From the NCBI GenBank assembly GCA_009602725.1, contig WELB01000004.1, forward strand, positions 1,097,457 to 1,161,456: a DNA stretch of 64,000 bases, in the 5' to 3' direction. Below, one piece after another: positions 12,401-24,730 of the stretch. This stretch comes from Spirogloea muscicola (Eukaryota). The position numbers and the translations under genes are program-made. How positions within the stretch are numbered: the first letter of the stretch is position 1; every line of letters begins with the position of its first letter. The notes beneath the pieces are model-generated. The model worked only from the letters and a program-made list of their open reading frames with translations, was not told where the DNA came from and searched no databases.

Positions 12401-14620
12401 AAACACGCCAACGCACTAGGGGGAAGGCGCGCGGGGCGTATAGGGAAGCTCAGAACTCGCGAGTGAGCAACATCAGGTCGGAGTAGCTCGTTGCCGGGAA
12501 GGAGGCACTCCGCTGAGACCCGGAGGCGGCGGTCAGAGCACGTCCTGCGCGCGTGTGGGCTGCGTGGGCAAGGGAGCGTTGGAGTGATACCGCCGGGGCG
12601 CATGCGGAAGACTTGGGCGAGCGAACCGGCGCTGCTTTCGTAGCTGCTTGGTGTGCTTGTTTTCCTTAGCCTCTGGCTCTGGCCAGGGGACCCACTTCCA
12701 GGAGCCCAGCATCTCTGATCTGCGGCTGCTTAGCAGGGGTTACTGAGTGTCTCGTAGCAGCTTTGTTTCTGTTACTTACCGCTTCCCCTGGCCCCCTTCT
12801 CGTACTCTGTTCATTCTTTTTCGGGCTGGTTGTTCCAGCCCCTATTCTCAATGGGCGAGCACTTTCTTCTTTTTCTTAGCGCTTCCCCTGGCCCCCTTCT
12901 CGTACTCTGTTCGTTCTTTTTTGGGCTGGCTTTTCCAGCCCCTATCCTCACTGGGCGAGCACTTTCTTGAACCGGCGGCGTTGAAGCCGGGCAGCGCCCC
13001 TGGCAGACCCGGCCTGACGGGCAAGCCGCTGGAGGAGATCCCAGCCAGCGGCTGGCGAAAGCCCCGTGGACGCTGCTGGGGCCGAGGGGACGCCGGGGGC
13101 AATCATCGCTCCGGCGTGGCTGGCGAGGAGGGGGGGAGCTGCACCTGCGGGCCGGCAGAGCCCTCGCTGCTGCCTCTGGCTCTGGCCAGGGGACCCACTT
13201 CCAGGAGCCTAGCGTCTCTGACCTGAGGTTGCTTAGCAGGGGTTACTGAGTGATCCATAGCTGCTTTGTTTCATTGTGTGCTTGTTTGTCTTAGCGCTTC
13301 CCCTGGCCCCCTTCTCGCGCAGATGTGTTTCCGGCTGAGATGGGCTTGCCAGCTGCATATCTGTCGCTCTTGCGACGTCGAGTTTCGGCCTGTTTGCAGC
13401 GTGCTCAGGCTAGTGCCTTGCACCAGAAAGCTGGGCGAGCTCTAGTAGGTGGCAGAAGGGCTCCGTTCCTGGCATCTAGCATTCATGCATCGAGTAGTGA
13501 CCTTTATGTTTTGACCCGTGGTTATTGAGCGGGTCAATCTGCTGTAGGTTATGTAGATTTTGAGATGTGCTTGCCTTTGTACCTGGCCATTTGGCCTACA
13601 TTTCTTTCTAATACACGATCTTTTTCCTTCTCGTCCTTCGTTGAATTTTTTTGGGCTGGCTTTTCCAGCCCCTATTCTCAATGGGCGAGCTCCAGGGGGG
13701 AGGGAACAAGAAGTGGCACTTCCAATGGGGCAAAGGGCTGCGAAAAGCCAGCCCAAAAAGAATTCACAAAGGTTCAGAGGGGCCTAAGAGCGGTGAAGAG
13801 AGGGAACCACGTGCGCCAGGTCAAGCCGGATGTGCACGGGAGGGCTGGGGCTGCCCTGGAGCCCCTGAAGTCGTCCGCCGCCCGACATCGCGGGGGCGGT
13901 GCCGGTGCCCGGATGGTCGGGGGGCGGACCAAGTGCCCGGGGCGCCCTGTCGTGCCATCTGGCGGGCGACTGTCCCAGTCCGCCTCCGTCGCGCCCGGCC
14001 TTTCCGGTGAGTTTTCCGTAGCTGCTTTATTTCTTTGTGTGTGCTTGTTTTTCTTATCGCTTATCGCTTCCCCTGAAACCCTTCTGATTATTTGTTAATT
14101 CTTTTTTGGGCTGGCTTTTCCAGCCCTTTCTCTCAATGGGCGAGCAATTTCATCTTTCCAGCCTGGTTGCCAGGTGCAGGGCGACAAAGAAGAAAGTGCT
14201 CGCCCATTGAGAATAGGGGCTGGACAAAGGCGGGCCCAGCCACCGGAATGAAATGATTGGGCGCGCACGAAATGAAAGGGTGGCCATTCCAGGCCACTAC
14301 ATTGTTCAGGCAAAAGCTAGTCCAAGAAAGTAGAAGCGGTAGAAGCAGAAGTAGAAATAGAAGAAGGCGAAGCAGCTGTGCTAAATCAGGCAGAGGGGCT
14401 CAAGAGGCTGTGATGAACTAACCGAGCCCAGGACTGGAACGGGAGCGGGGCCCAGCCCCGGCAGCACGACTCCCGACGACCGTCCGCCGGTCCACCAGTC
14501 CACCACTGGTGGACTGGTGGACCGGGCCTCTCGCCGCCACCGCCTGCTTCTGGACTTATGAAGCCCCAGTTTTGCACTAGCTTTTGCCTGCAGTGGTATT
14601 GGTGTAAATTGGCCACCCTC
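9490..14620. mobile_element. Large mosaic of nested RLE-LINE 3' fragments from several families
   Basis: Related ORF termini have stops near 9799, 10771, 11190 and 12450 (-) and 12746, 13249 and 13528 (+), most followed by family-specific 3'UTRs. Head-to-tail UTR copies occur at 12666-12968. Confidence 0.7.
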
Positions 14621-14947
14621 TCCTCTTCCTGGCGGGCCTTTCCCCATCAATGTACTCGAGCACCAGCGATGGCGCCAGCCGGCGCTCGGAGTTGCCAATT
14701 GCCCCGCCCAGCCCGCGAGCTGAGCCGCGAGTGAAGTGGAGGCGCCACTCCGTCTGCCGCTGGCGCCGCCGCCACCGCCAACGCTGCCACTGCCGCCGCC
14801 GTCGCCTACGCCACTGAGTCCCATAGGGGCCCCGCTGTCGCTGCCCCCGCCCAAGCTGCTGTTGATTGCTCGAGGAAGCACTGCGGAAGGCGTGACGACC
14901 AGCCGTCTGTGCAACTTGCGCCGCCGGAGATGAAGCCCGGGTCCAAG

Positions 14948-17900
14948 ATGGTTGGTTGGCAGGCCAGCCGCTCAGCGCTCCGCCTTGCGACTTTCTCCTA
15001 CCTGCTTGTACTGATCTCCACGCTTGCTGGTGCTTTCCCGACGACCTGACCAGCTTCTGCCAAGTTCCTCTCTCCCACTAGTATGGCGTGCCCAATACTA
15101 TGTTTAGCTGGACCCTTGAACAACGAGGATATTGTGCATGCCCATCTTGCTGTCATCCTCATGAAAGGTATCGGCATGACCTTGGCATGGTGCTAAGCGT
15201 ACGCATGCAGTCAATCAACAGGGAAGGAGTTGCACTATTCCAGAGAGGCATAGTACCTTCCTCTGAAGGTTGCCGGCCTTCTTCGTGTAGCGTACCAGTC
15301 GCATCTAGTTCTGGCCATGGTAGGATGCTGACAGTAGGACCTGTATGACTGCTGTGATGCCATTCCTCTACAGTGCAAGCCCAGGCCAAGTTGTCCAAGA
15401 AAATCTGCATTCTTGGAGCAGGTCCCTCGGGAATTGCAGCAGCCACCGAACTAGAGAGCAAAGGCTATTCGGTAGCCATTTTTGAGAAAAATGCCTATGT
15501 TGGTGGACGTACCAAAAGCTTCAAGTGAGGAGGTCATTCATGCGAAACATTGATTGACAAGTGTGCTACATGCAAGCATCTGTACCTGGGACAAATTTCT
15601 TTGCCTGACAGACTGTGGGGAAGACTGATTCACCAGCTTTCTGCACTGCAGAACCCACTCATCAACCTTCAGCGAGCTGAATTCGGCCTGACATGACCAG
15701 GACCTTTTATGCAGATATACTATGGATGGACTCAACTACGACGAGGGGGCCGTGATCCTCACCACGGACTACACTAATGTGCTGAGGCTTGTACAGAGAT
15801 TTAACTTCAAGATTGGTTACATGAATTACACCTCGTACTTCTTCGATCCTCGAACAGGTCTAGCAGCTTCTCCTACTCACACGGCTTCTTGACTTACTTT
15901 ACCAGCCAGTCTGTACAACCGAGCGCTCTTATTACACCTGCACGAGCTAACTTGCCAAATAGGAAAATGCCTACTCTACCAGCTTTGCTGCCACTTGCAG
16001 GACGTTGAAAGGCTACGAACTCTTAAGCGCCCCAAAGTTATGCCTACGAATTCCTAGCTGTAAAATATCATAATTCATGTCGATGACCAACCAATCTGCT
16101 TGTTGCATTGGAGGGATCAGGGTTTAAAGTCAAGATTGCATCACTGTCAACACCAAGTACTACAGCAGCACTATTACAAGCTCTCGCGCAGTATGTCACC
16201 TTGTGGTCTGACTGGCGCTTCAATGCCCAGAACAACACTGCAGCATATGCACTTCCCTTCGGTGCTTGGCTTGTGCAAAATAAGCTGCAACCTTTGCTCC
16301 CAGCCTTTCTTGAGATTGTGACAACCTTCGGGTATGGCTCTTTGATGGAGACACCCACTCTTTACGTGCTGAGGTGAGTTCACTTGTCCTTCCTGCCTGC
16401 TGATACTGCTTTTCTTTTGGGCAAGCCTTGCTGCTTCTGCAAAGTGGATGGGGCCTCTTCAAGAATATCAGAACGATAAAGTTGTGACATTTTGGTGGCA
16501 GGTACGTGACGAAAGATCGCATTGTATCCTTGTTGGTGGATCTTCGTCAACCAGCAATCATTGATGAGCCAGGAGGTTTTCAATCTTTGATTCAGAAATG
16601 GGCAGGGACGGTCAAAGGCCCCATATATCTAAAAACATCAATTGCTGTCAACCGTCCTAAAAAGGGACTTCCGACTGTACACTTCACAGGCACCCTCAAG
16701 GGCAAAATAACACAGTCCTCAATGACCTGCAGAAAAATTATCGTGGCATTTCCCCAAATAGCAAAGAATCTTGGATCCTTGGGGCTTGACAGCAGAGAAA
16801 CAGCTGTCTTCAATCAGGTACACTTGCAGTTCCTGGGGCTTGCCATAACCATCTTCTGCTATGTGGTCATAGCAGAGCCCTTCTGTGGAGCTTGGAGCAT
16901 TCCTGTGTCCACCCTTCTCTCGCTTCTTCTGGTGGCAAAAAGCCTTATTGACGCCTTTTTGAAGCTAGCATCTGACTTGCTGCCGTCTTATGACTGAAGG
17001 TTGTTTACAGCGGGTTCTCCACCACCCTTATTGATGTTGGAGCTACTGGGCGCATTGCACTTGACCAGCCATCTGCCCTCTATGGCATCTTGAACGGTAC
17101 ATCATTTTCAGAGCCACCGGGAAATGGCGGCCCTGTTGGCATTACAACAGAGGTAAAGCTGAATAAACCCTTGTCAATAGGTCATTTTTTTGGTTTGACT
17201 ACGTACTAAGCAGACTCAGTATTCTGGGATGTTTTTGTAAAGGCCATTGTAGATAAGTGATTGACATTCTGGATCAGTAGCTGTACCAGGCATATGCTCC
17301 ACTCTTCAGATACCTTGCTTGATGGATTATCTGCAGCTGAATAGACAACCAGCTGTTAGTAGCAGGTCTCACTCCACAGGTGGCTATGACAGGCGGGGAG
17401 ACGATTGACAACCTTGTACTCTTGGAATCGGAAAACAAGCAGTTTAAGTAGTGCAAATGCTCAGTCAACTGCATTTGCCACACTTGCTAAGCTCGGCCCC
17501 GGCACCACCCTTGCACAGCTGGGACCTACTGCCATCAAAGTAAGATCCAGCAGGAGTCTTGAGTCAAAGATCACATTCAGAGTACTTTCTAGAGACAAAC
17601 ATAATGAGAATATTGACTAGGGAAAGCAGGGAAGTAGTGGTCGCTGTGCTCTTTGACATGTCAAAAGTGCCTCCAATTGCCTAATTGATTTACTATGTGA
17701 TGGAAACAGCAGATATGTCAATCTTGCTTCTGCCAAAAGCTCATCTGGATACATTGAACTTTTGCAGGACTTTCAATTATGGGACTATTTTCCTCATGCC
17801 CCTTCAGCAGCCATAGCTGCAGGCTTTGAGGCCAAGCTCCATGCACTACAAGGGTACCGGAAATCTTACTACACAGGCTCTTTACTGAGATTTGATGTTG

Positions 17901-17950
17901 TGGAGGACAGTATCCAAGCTACTATTGACCTCATCGACACATTCTTCTGA
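14948..17950 (+). CDS. Secreted FAD-dependent oxidoreductase, polyunsaturated/polyenoic fatty acid isomerase (PAI/PFI)-like, copy A
   Basis: Signal peptide MVGWQASRSALRLATFSYLLVLISTLAVQAQA, then ICILGAGPSG...EKNAYVGGR, YDEGAVI, FGYGSL..TPTLYVLRY and C-terminal WDYFPH...LQGYRKSYYTGSLLRFDVVE...DTFF*. Eight exons, all GT-AG and in frame. Confidence 0.8.
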
Positions 17951-18196
17951 CTAACAGCGACTAAGCAACCACTTCAGAGCTATCCAGAACCGAGGGACAT
18001 ATTTTCTCAGCCTCTATTGCTCATCTTTCTTTCTTTCCTCCTTACTCGAGCCAACCCGGCAGACAAGTGTAAAGCATTTGCGACTTGAGCAGAACTTGCA
18101 CTCTTTAGAAGCTAATATTCATTCTTATGACTGAGAATGTACTGTTTCTGAAGAGTTATTGATAATCGAACGGCATTAAGAGCTATGAAGAGGCCA

Positions 18197-18635
18197 CTTG
18201 CGGCCCAGAATTTCTGAGGGCATCACAGACCTGTTATTGCCTAGCTTCCATCTCCTAGACGCCAATAGTCCCTTTAAGAAATTGTCTACGAAGGAGAACC
18301 TTTGTACAACTTGTTAGCAGGCTGAGGTCTCGTTTGTCAACGGAATTAAGCAGAATCAATCACTTCACCAATTAAGAACGGCCATGCACCACCATCCATG
18401 GAATTAAGAAAGTGCTCCCAATCTATAAATCTTCACTATGTATGGACCTGGTAGAATTCCCCGTGTTAAGTCAAATAAAGCCGCAAGCTCCACACCTACT
18501 GGTGCCCATCCGTTGATTCCTGTGAATTTCAGCCTTGCGACCATATTCCCCCGGGAACTCAAAAACTATATTTCTCATGAGGTGCTGGCTGAGTCATCAG
18601 GTCCGGCCAATACTTAGTCGGCGTCGTTATAGTTA

Positions 18636-18666
<31 letters not shown>

Positions 18667-19003
18667 ACCCAACTTTCCTTCTTGACAGATCAAAACATCC
18701 TTGACACTGGCTTTTGCAGAAGTACATCCAAGAAATTTCCCTCTGACAATGAGATACTTATGCCCCCAATTGTCCCTATCAATCGTTACTCCGGTCTCAA
18801 CGACCAAAAAAATAGGACCGGAGTCCTATCGCGTTTTCCCATGCTAATGTCTTCAGTGCGTTGGCCTGCTTTGGACACCAGTTTTGTCATAGTAACATCG
18901 CCGACTCCGCGGCCCAGCCAGCGAAGGCCAGGCGCGTCTCCCAGGCAAGGACGGAAAGGCCAGTACACACCGCAGCGGCGACCGGCCGCTCCGCCCTAAA
19001 TTC
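18197..19003 (-). pseudogene. Degenerate internal fragment (~0.8 kb) of 18S rRNA
   Basis: Reverse complement of conserved SSU tracts (GGCATCACAGACCTGTTATTGCCT; AAGAACGGCCATGCACCACC; GGACGGTATCTGATCGTCTTCGA) with many substitutions. It spans V4 to roughly helix 43, with no ITS or LSU nearby. Confidence 0.9.
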
Positions 19004-19499
19004 TTGTGCATAACAGACCTGTTGCAAGACACAGTCAAGCTGAAAGACAGTCAGACTCAAAGTTGCCTCCCTTGTGGATGGGCGGCCTATTTGATGACTC
19101 CAAGCTGACCTGAGATCCATTCAGGCTCCTCCATGGAACACTGCTCAGCACCACGACTGTAAACGTATCAACAGCGTCATCTAAATGGCCAACGCTGAAG
19201 CACCTTTGTTTTAAAGGCATGCAATGTGAATGTCATTAAATGTCATGGGTCCCTATCATGGCAGCCACCTTGGCTGTATGCTCAATTGCAACACTGTCAC
19301 GGTGGCAACTGTGCGGGTCACAGCAGGATGATGGTTCTTGTCGACTGTCAATGGCCCCACATAGGCATCGACATGCAATGGCAGAGCTCGTGTGCCACCA
19401 CCTCGCTGGTTCAGTCCCACTGGCTGACGTTCGCAGGTATGCGCCAGTGGCTCCATCTGGCACACGCCGCTAATGCCGTGCTTTGCATTGAGAGGCAGC

Positions 19500-21530
19500 T
19501 GTGATGAGCGACAAGAAGAAGCGGGCAACTGTGGAAGAGGCAGCTCTTGTAGCGGGGGCGATGGCTGTACAAGGCCAGGCCAAAAGAAACGAGCAAGTTC
19601 CGGAGGGGCCGGAGAGTGACAGGGCAAGAGCGGCCATGTGAGTGGGCAGGATTATGCTAGTCCGAAGGGGTAATGACTGTGAAAAGCCAGCGTAACGAGG
19701 AACGGACACTGGCCAAGGAGCAGCTCTATCGAAGGAGGCGAGGGGCTTTGAAATGCTAGCCTCTATAGGGGTTGAGAAGGGCAAGGGCTGTGGACAACCT
19801 GCCCACTAAAAGGTCCGGGAGGCCTCGGGCAAGCACATCAGCATAATCTGGCTCCTTTAGAGGGGGGCAAGGGCTGCGAAAGGCCAGCCCAGAAAGAAGC
19901 CTTCTGAACAAGGTCAGAAGGCGTCTCACAGCTATGCGAGGAAAGACGGAAACTGGCTACATCGATGGGTGCTCGGTGACCCCTGATGAGCAGCCGCAGC
20001 ACCCCCGAGGACATATCCGCATGGCGGCGGGCCCTGGGGACCAGGCCGCCGCCCGCACGCTGCAGCAGGCCCGTGCCGGCACAGCTCGCGCCACGCCTAC
20101 ACATATACATGTATTATGTTGTTGCTCATTGACTTCTGCAAGTCCACTGCTATCTTCACGCATATTATCGTTATCATCACATAGATCTTTTGAGTCAGTA
20201 ATGATATCTTTCAGAAAGCGCGACATATTTGAGACTTGACCTTTAGACCTTTAGACGTTGTACATCCCTTTGGTGGCGCCTCTCAACCATTGCCTTGCAT
20301 TGGAAGTGCTGTTTCTTAGATGTGATGAAAAGTGGCTCTTCCAAAGGGGGCGAGGGCTGTGAACAGCCAGCCCGAAGAGAGTTGTCAAGGTCCGAAGGGG
20401 CCAAGAAGCGTATCCCAAAGCTTTCCCAGCTCTTACAGAGGGGGCGGGTGCTGTGAATGGCAAGCCCAAAAAGAGTGAACAAGGTCCAAAGGGCCAAAAG
20501 GCGCCAAAAGCGCACGGCTTTGGAAAAGACTATAGCGAATGGGAGCTTAATAGACCGGAGTCAGCAGCTGCAAGTCGGAGTAACTTGCAGCTAAAAAAGA
20601 GGCACCCCAACGAGACCCAAAAGCTGCAGCCATGGCTCTACCTGCCGGCAAGCGCACTGCGTGAGCCTGGGACCGTTGAAAGGATATGGATAGCCGCATA
20701 CGGAACACCTGGGCAAGCGACTCGGCGGCCTTGAAGCCGGGCAGCTCACCTTGCTGTCCCTGCCGGCAATCGATGGCCCTCTGTGCAAGCCGCTGCAGAA
20801 GGTCTAGCAATCGTTTGCAGAACGATTGCTGGACGTCCATCATCAGCGCCACAAATTCATCGTCGGCTGGGTGATCTGCACACTTCCGCTCTTGCCGCTG
20901 GCAGCCTTGCCGACCGCGTGCCCTGCTTCCGACGCGGATTTGATGGGGTTGGCGGAGTCGACGGAGTCGGTAGTTACGACGTCCGCGAGAGAAGGCGCGC
21001 AGTGCGCATAACATTGAAAGGGATGCCAATTCTAGCCTTTCAAATGTCCTGTTACGGGGTAATGAGCTAGCTAAGCGGGAGACTAACATCCCCGAGTGAG
21101 CACATGCATACGCGACAATGCAGGGACCCGGCGGGATGGCGACCAGGTCAGCACGCCGAGTATAAAGACGACCGTCAGCCGTAGGACAATCACTCAGTAA
21201 CCTCTACGAATGTCTGTCTCACGAAGTCCAAGTGCCGCCGCGCGTGGGCGGACGCCCGGTCGCGCCGCACGGTCGCGCGGGCCTCGGGCGTCCCGCCGGC
21301 CCCACCGATTTCCGAGCGGGTCAGCTTAGCCGCATGTGATTTACGTCTGTCAAAGTGCTGGCCGCTGTACTTGGCCACGCAGGCCCTCCATCTAACTTTC
21401 TATTGCTGGGTAAATAAGAGCGCCCTGTCCGCCTAGCCAGTGGCTCCGCTGATGTAGTCATAAGAGATCCTCTGTATGCACTTGGCTGGCCTTTACAGCC
21501 GCTCTCTTACATATAGGAGCCGCATCTTCT
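19500..21530. mobile_element. Cluster of RLE-LINE 3' fragments between the two oxidoreductase genes
   Basis: 20547-20800 (-) reads LPGFKAAESLAQVFRMRLSISFQRSQAHAV...SYSDLQLLTPVY*. Repeated GGCTGTGAA..GCCAGCC UTR motifs occur near 19560, 19680, 19870, 20355 and 20450. Confidence 0.65.
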
Positions 21531-21696
21531 TTTTCTCGATACTCACTCAATATCACCCCGGGCCAGCCGCGGGGCCGGGCGCGAGATCTGCCTCACCCGG
21601 CCACGGAGGCCCTCCACCACTCGAGAGACACTCCATTCCCCCGCGCCGCCGTCGCCCCGCCCCCCCGCTTCTCCTCCTCCTCCTACGGCAGGAGAC

Positions 21697-24600
21697 ATGC
21701 TGCGCCGCGCTCGGCCTGCCGCGCTGCTGTCGCTGCAGCTACTGCTGCCGTGCGTCGCGGCCGTCCTCCTCGGCGTTGCCTTAGCTGCTGCTGGTATTGC
21801 AACGCGCCACTCGACTCGACGGTGTGCGCTAGACACGCTAAGCTACATATCAATGCTTCCGTGCACTCCGTGCATGCAAGGGGATCACGGGATTCACCGC
21901 TTTCGCTCTGAACAGGTAGCTGAATCTGCTATATAGATAGCCCACCGCTACTGTAAGTGTTGCAGCGTTGCTGGGTGAGGTCTATGGCACCCCAATCTGT
22001 CCATGACATTCACGAAGGGCTGCAGACAAAGGGCCTCCAAAGGATGGCAAGCCAGTCTGCATCCTTGGGGCAGGGCCCTCTGGACTGGCTGCGGCAACCA
22101 GCCTAGAAGATAAAGGCTACAACGTGATCGTCTTCGAGAAGGAAGAAAGTGTTGGGGGCAGGACACGAAGCTTCGAGTGAGTGAATCACCTCGACAGCCC
22201 ACAACTTGCGCCTGGCACGGACTCTGTGCGTCATCCTCCAGCCATTCGGGCTACTGTGCCGGACGTCTCGCGAGCTTCCGAGTAGACATGTGGATCCAAA
22301 CAATATAAAATCGTAAAGCCAGTGCTTTCTGCAGCTAGACAGGACGAAAGAGTGAGTTGAGGTCTCCCTCGTGTGTGCTCGATAAGGAGTCACTGCGAGT
22401 TGCTGTTTGCTTCAATTGACGCTTCATGTTGCACCGCCTGAACCGGCTGAGTACATCTCGAGTCAGTATCTGCTCAGGCGCCTTTGTGTGTGCTACGCCT
22501 TCTGTTGTGTGCATACATTACCGCAGGTATCGCAAGGAAGGCCTTTTCTACGACGAAGGTGCCATCATCATCTCCACAGACTACGTCAACGTCTTAGAGC
22601 TCATTGATCGATTCAACTTCACTGTCGACATCGGTCAGCAAGGGGCTTACGCTCAGTTCTTTTTTGATCCGAGCTCAGGTCTGAAGCAGTACTGTCTTCC
22701 TGTACGCACTCACAAGTGCTTATCCCAGAGAGATTCAGTACTAGTCAGGAGTCTTCCCAGCACGACCTGCAAGACGTTGTAAGCGCGTCAACAAGAAGGA
22801 AATCCTTCTGACAGTCAGGAGTAAGAACATCTGAGCAACTTCTATGTCAGTGGCATGTATGGTGCAACTTCGGTGTCATCAAGTAGATGCCCGCTTGGCA
22901 GATTCCAACATCCTCATGCAAGCCGGTGTTGTCCATGTTGGTTTGTGGCCATGCTTTATAACAGGTTACTCAGTTTCAACAAGCACATTTTCCAACCCCT
23001 TCACAGCGACGCAACAACAGAATGCCCTTCGACAATACGTCACTCTGTGGTCTGAGTGGCGCTACACTGGGCAGCACAACGACACTGAGTACTCAATCCC
23101 ATTCGGGACATGGCTTCAGAATCATGAGCTGCAAGCCTTGCTTCCTTTCTTCCTTACAACTATGCTCTGCTATGGGTATGGGTCAATGACGAGCACACCT
23201 GCTTTGTATGGGCTAAGGTAGTATCTCTGCTCTTAATGACTGATGAGAAAAGTGCGTACATTCCTGCATAGGCCTCTAGGTTGCATGCATTGCTCCTTTT
23301 CCAATATATGTATGTAAGACACAGACACGAGTAAGATAACAACTGATCTGCATTCTTTGAACTTCGTACAGTCCAGCATAATCTGCGCGTGAGCTCCCTG
23401 TGCGACTACAATGTTTTGCCGTGTGCATCCCTCATTAGCTTATGTCTCGTTTTCAGCGGTCTTTAACAGCCACGAAGATTTGATATTGTGCACTGTATAC
23501 TTTCAGATATATGACTAAGGACCGTATTGCGGCCTTCCTTGTGTCTCTTGACAAACCTGCCACCATTAAGAACCCTGGTGGGATACAGTCTCTGCTGAAA
23601 AGGTGGGCGACGACCATAAAAGGCCCCATTCACTTGAATACACGGGTTTATAAAGTAAGTCGACCTATCAGTGGATCGCCCACTCTAAGCTACGTGCTCA
23701 AGCAAGGGGGATCAATTGTCAAGGCAACCGTGGAATGCCACAGCGTTGTTGTGGCCTTCCCTCAGCTTGCCAGTCGCCTTGGCTTCCTGGGTCTCGATAA
23801 GGAGGAGCTAGGTCTACTCAGCCAGGTGCACGATCTGCCTCTGAAGCGTATAGTGGTCAATGGGTGATACCACACTTTTTGAAGTATGCGCTGTGTCAAG
23901 CGGCAGCATTGAAAGCATGTGATAGTTGTGGTAATTGTAGGTTGAGCACATTGGTTACGCAACCTCTCTCATCGATCTTGGAGACAGTGGCCGAGCCCAG
24001 GTGACCCAGCCTTCAGCTTACTATGCCCTCCTGAGCGGCACATCAATCGTCGAACCGCCTGGAGATGGCGGTCCCATAGCCTTCTCAATGGAGGTATTGA
24101 CTTGGATGGCACAATCTGGACACTCCAGCATCTCAGCTGCAGCGATTGCTTAACTGCACTCATGTAGGTCAGACCAGCAGTCGTATGTATTGGCATAAGG
24201 CACCTCACTCCTGCTTTGCTCTGCACAGACTGGGAAGTCATTGGCAACCGTTTACTCGTGGAACCGCAACACTACAGCCATCAGCACAAGAAACGTGCAG
24301 ACGGCAGCTTTAGCCACACTAGCCAGACTTGGGCCCACTACGAGTCTCAGTCAGCTTATAACAGCTAGTTTTAAGGTGAATCGAAAAACCTATCTTGAAG
24401 GATGGGTTGTCGTGCAAGACCAGTCCGCTAAAATGTCAGTGTCTGCCCTGATGTACAAAAAGAAGATCCACGACAATTCCATTGCTGCCTTACTCATCCC
24501 TACTATACAGTTCAAAGACCTGTATCGTACCTGTCATATTCCTGCAGGATCTTCGGTTGTGGGGCTAATTTCCACACGCGCCCTCATCTTCCATTGCAGC

Positions 24601-24730
24601 TGGTTTTTTTCAGAAGCTGGCCATTCTGCAGGGGCACAGGAGCACATTTTATGTAGGGTCCCTGCTGAAGTTTGACTGCGTGGAGGACAGCATTCAGGGC
24701 ACTCTTGACCTTATTAAGCAAGCTTTCTGA
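21697..24730 (+). pseudogene. PAI/PFI-like secreted flavoprotein, copy B, with an in-frame TAA in the last exon
   Basis: Paralogue of 14948-17950 with the same intron positions, a signal peptide and VCILGAGPSG. The last exon reads DLRLWG*FPH (TAA at 24566-24568, where copy A has TAT) and then continues in frame to KQAF*. Confidence 0.7.
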
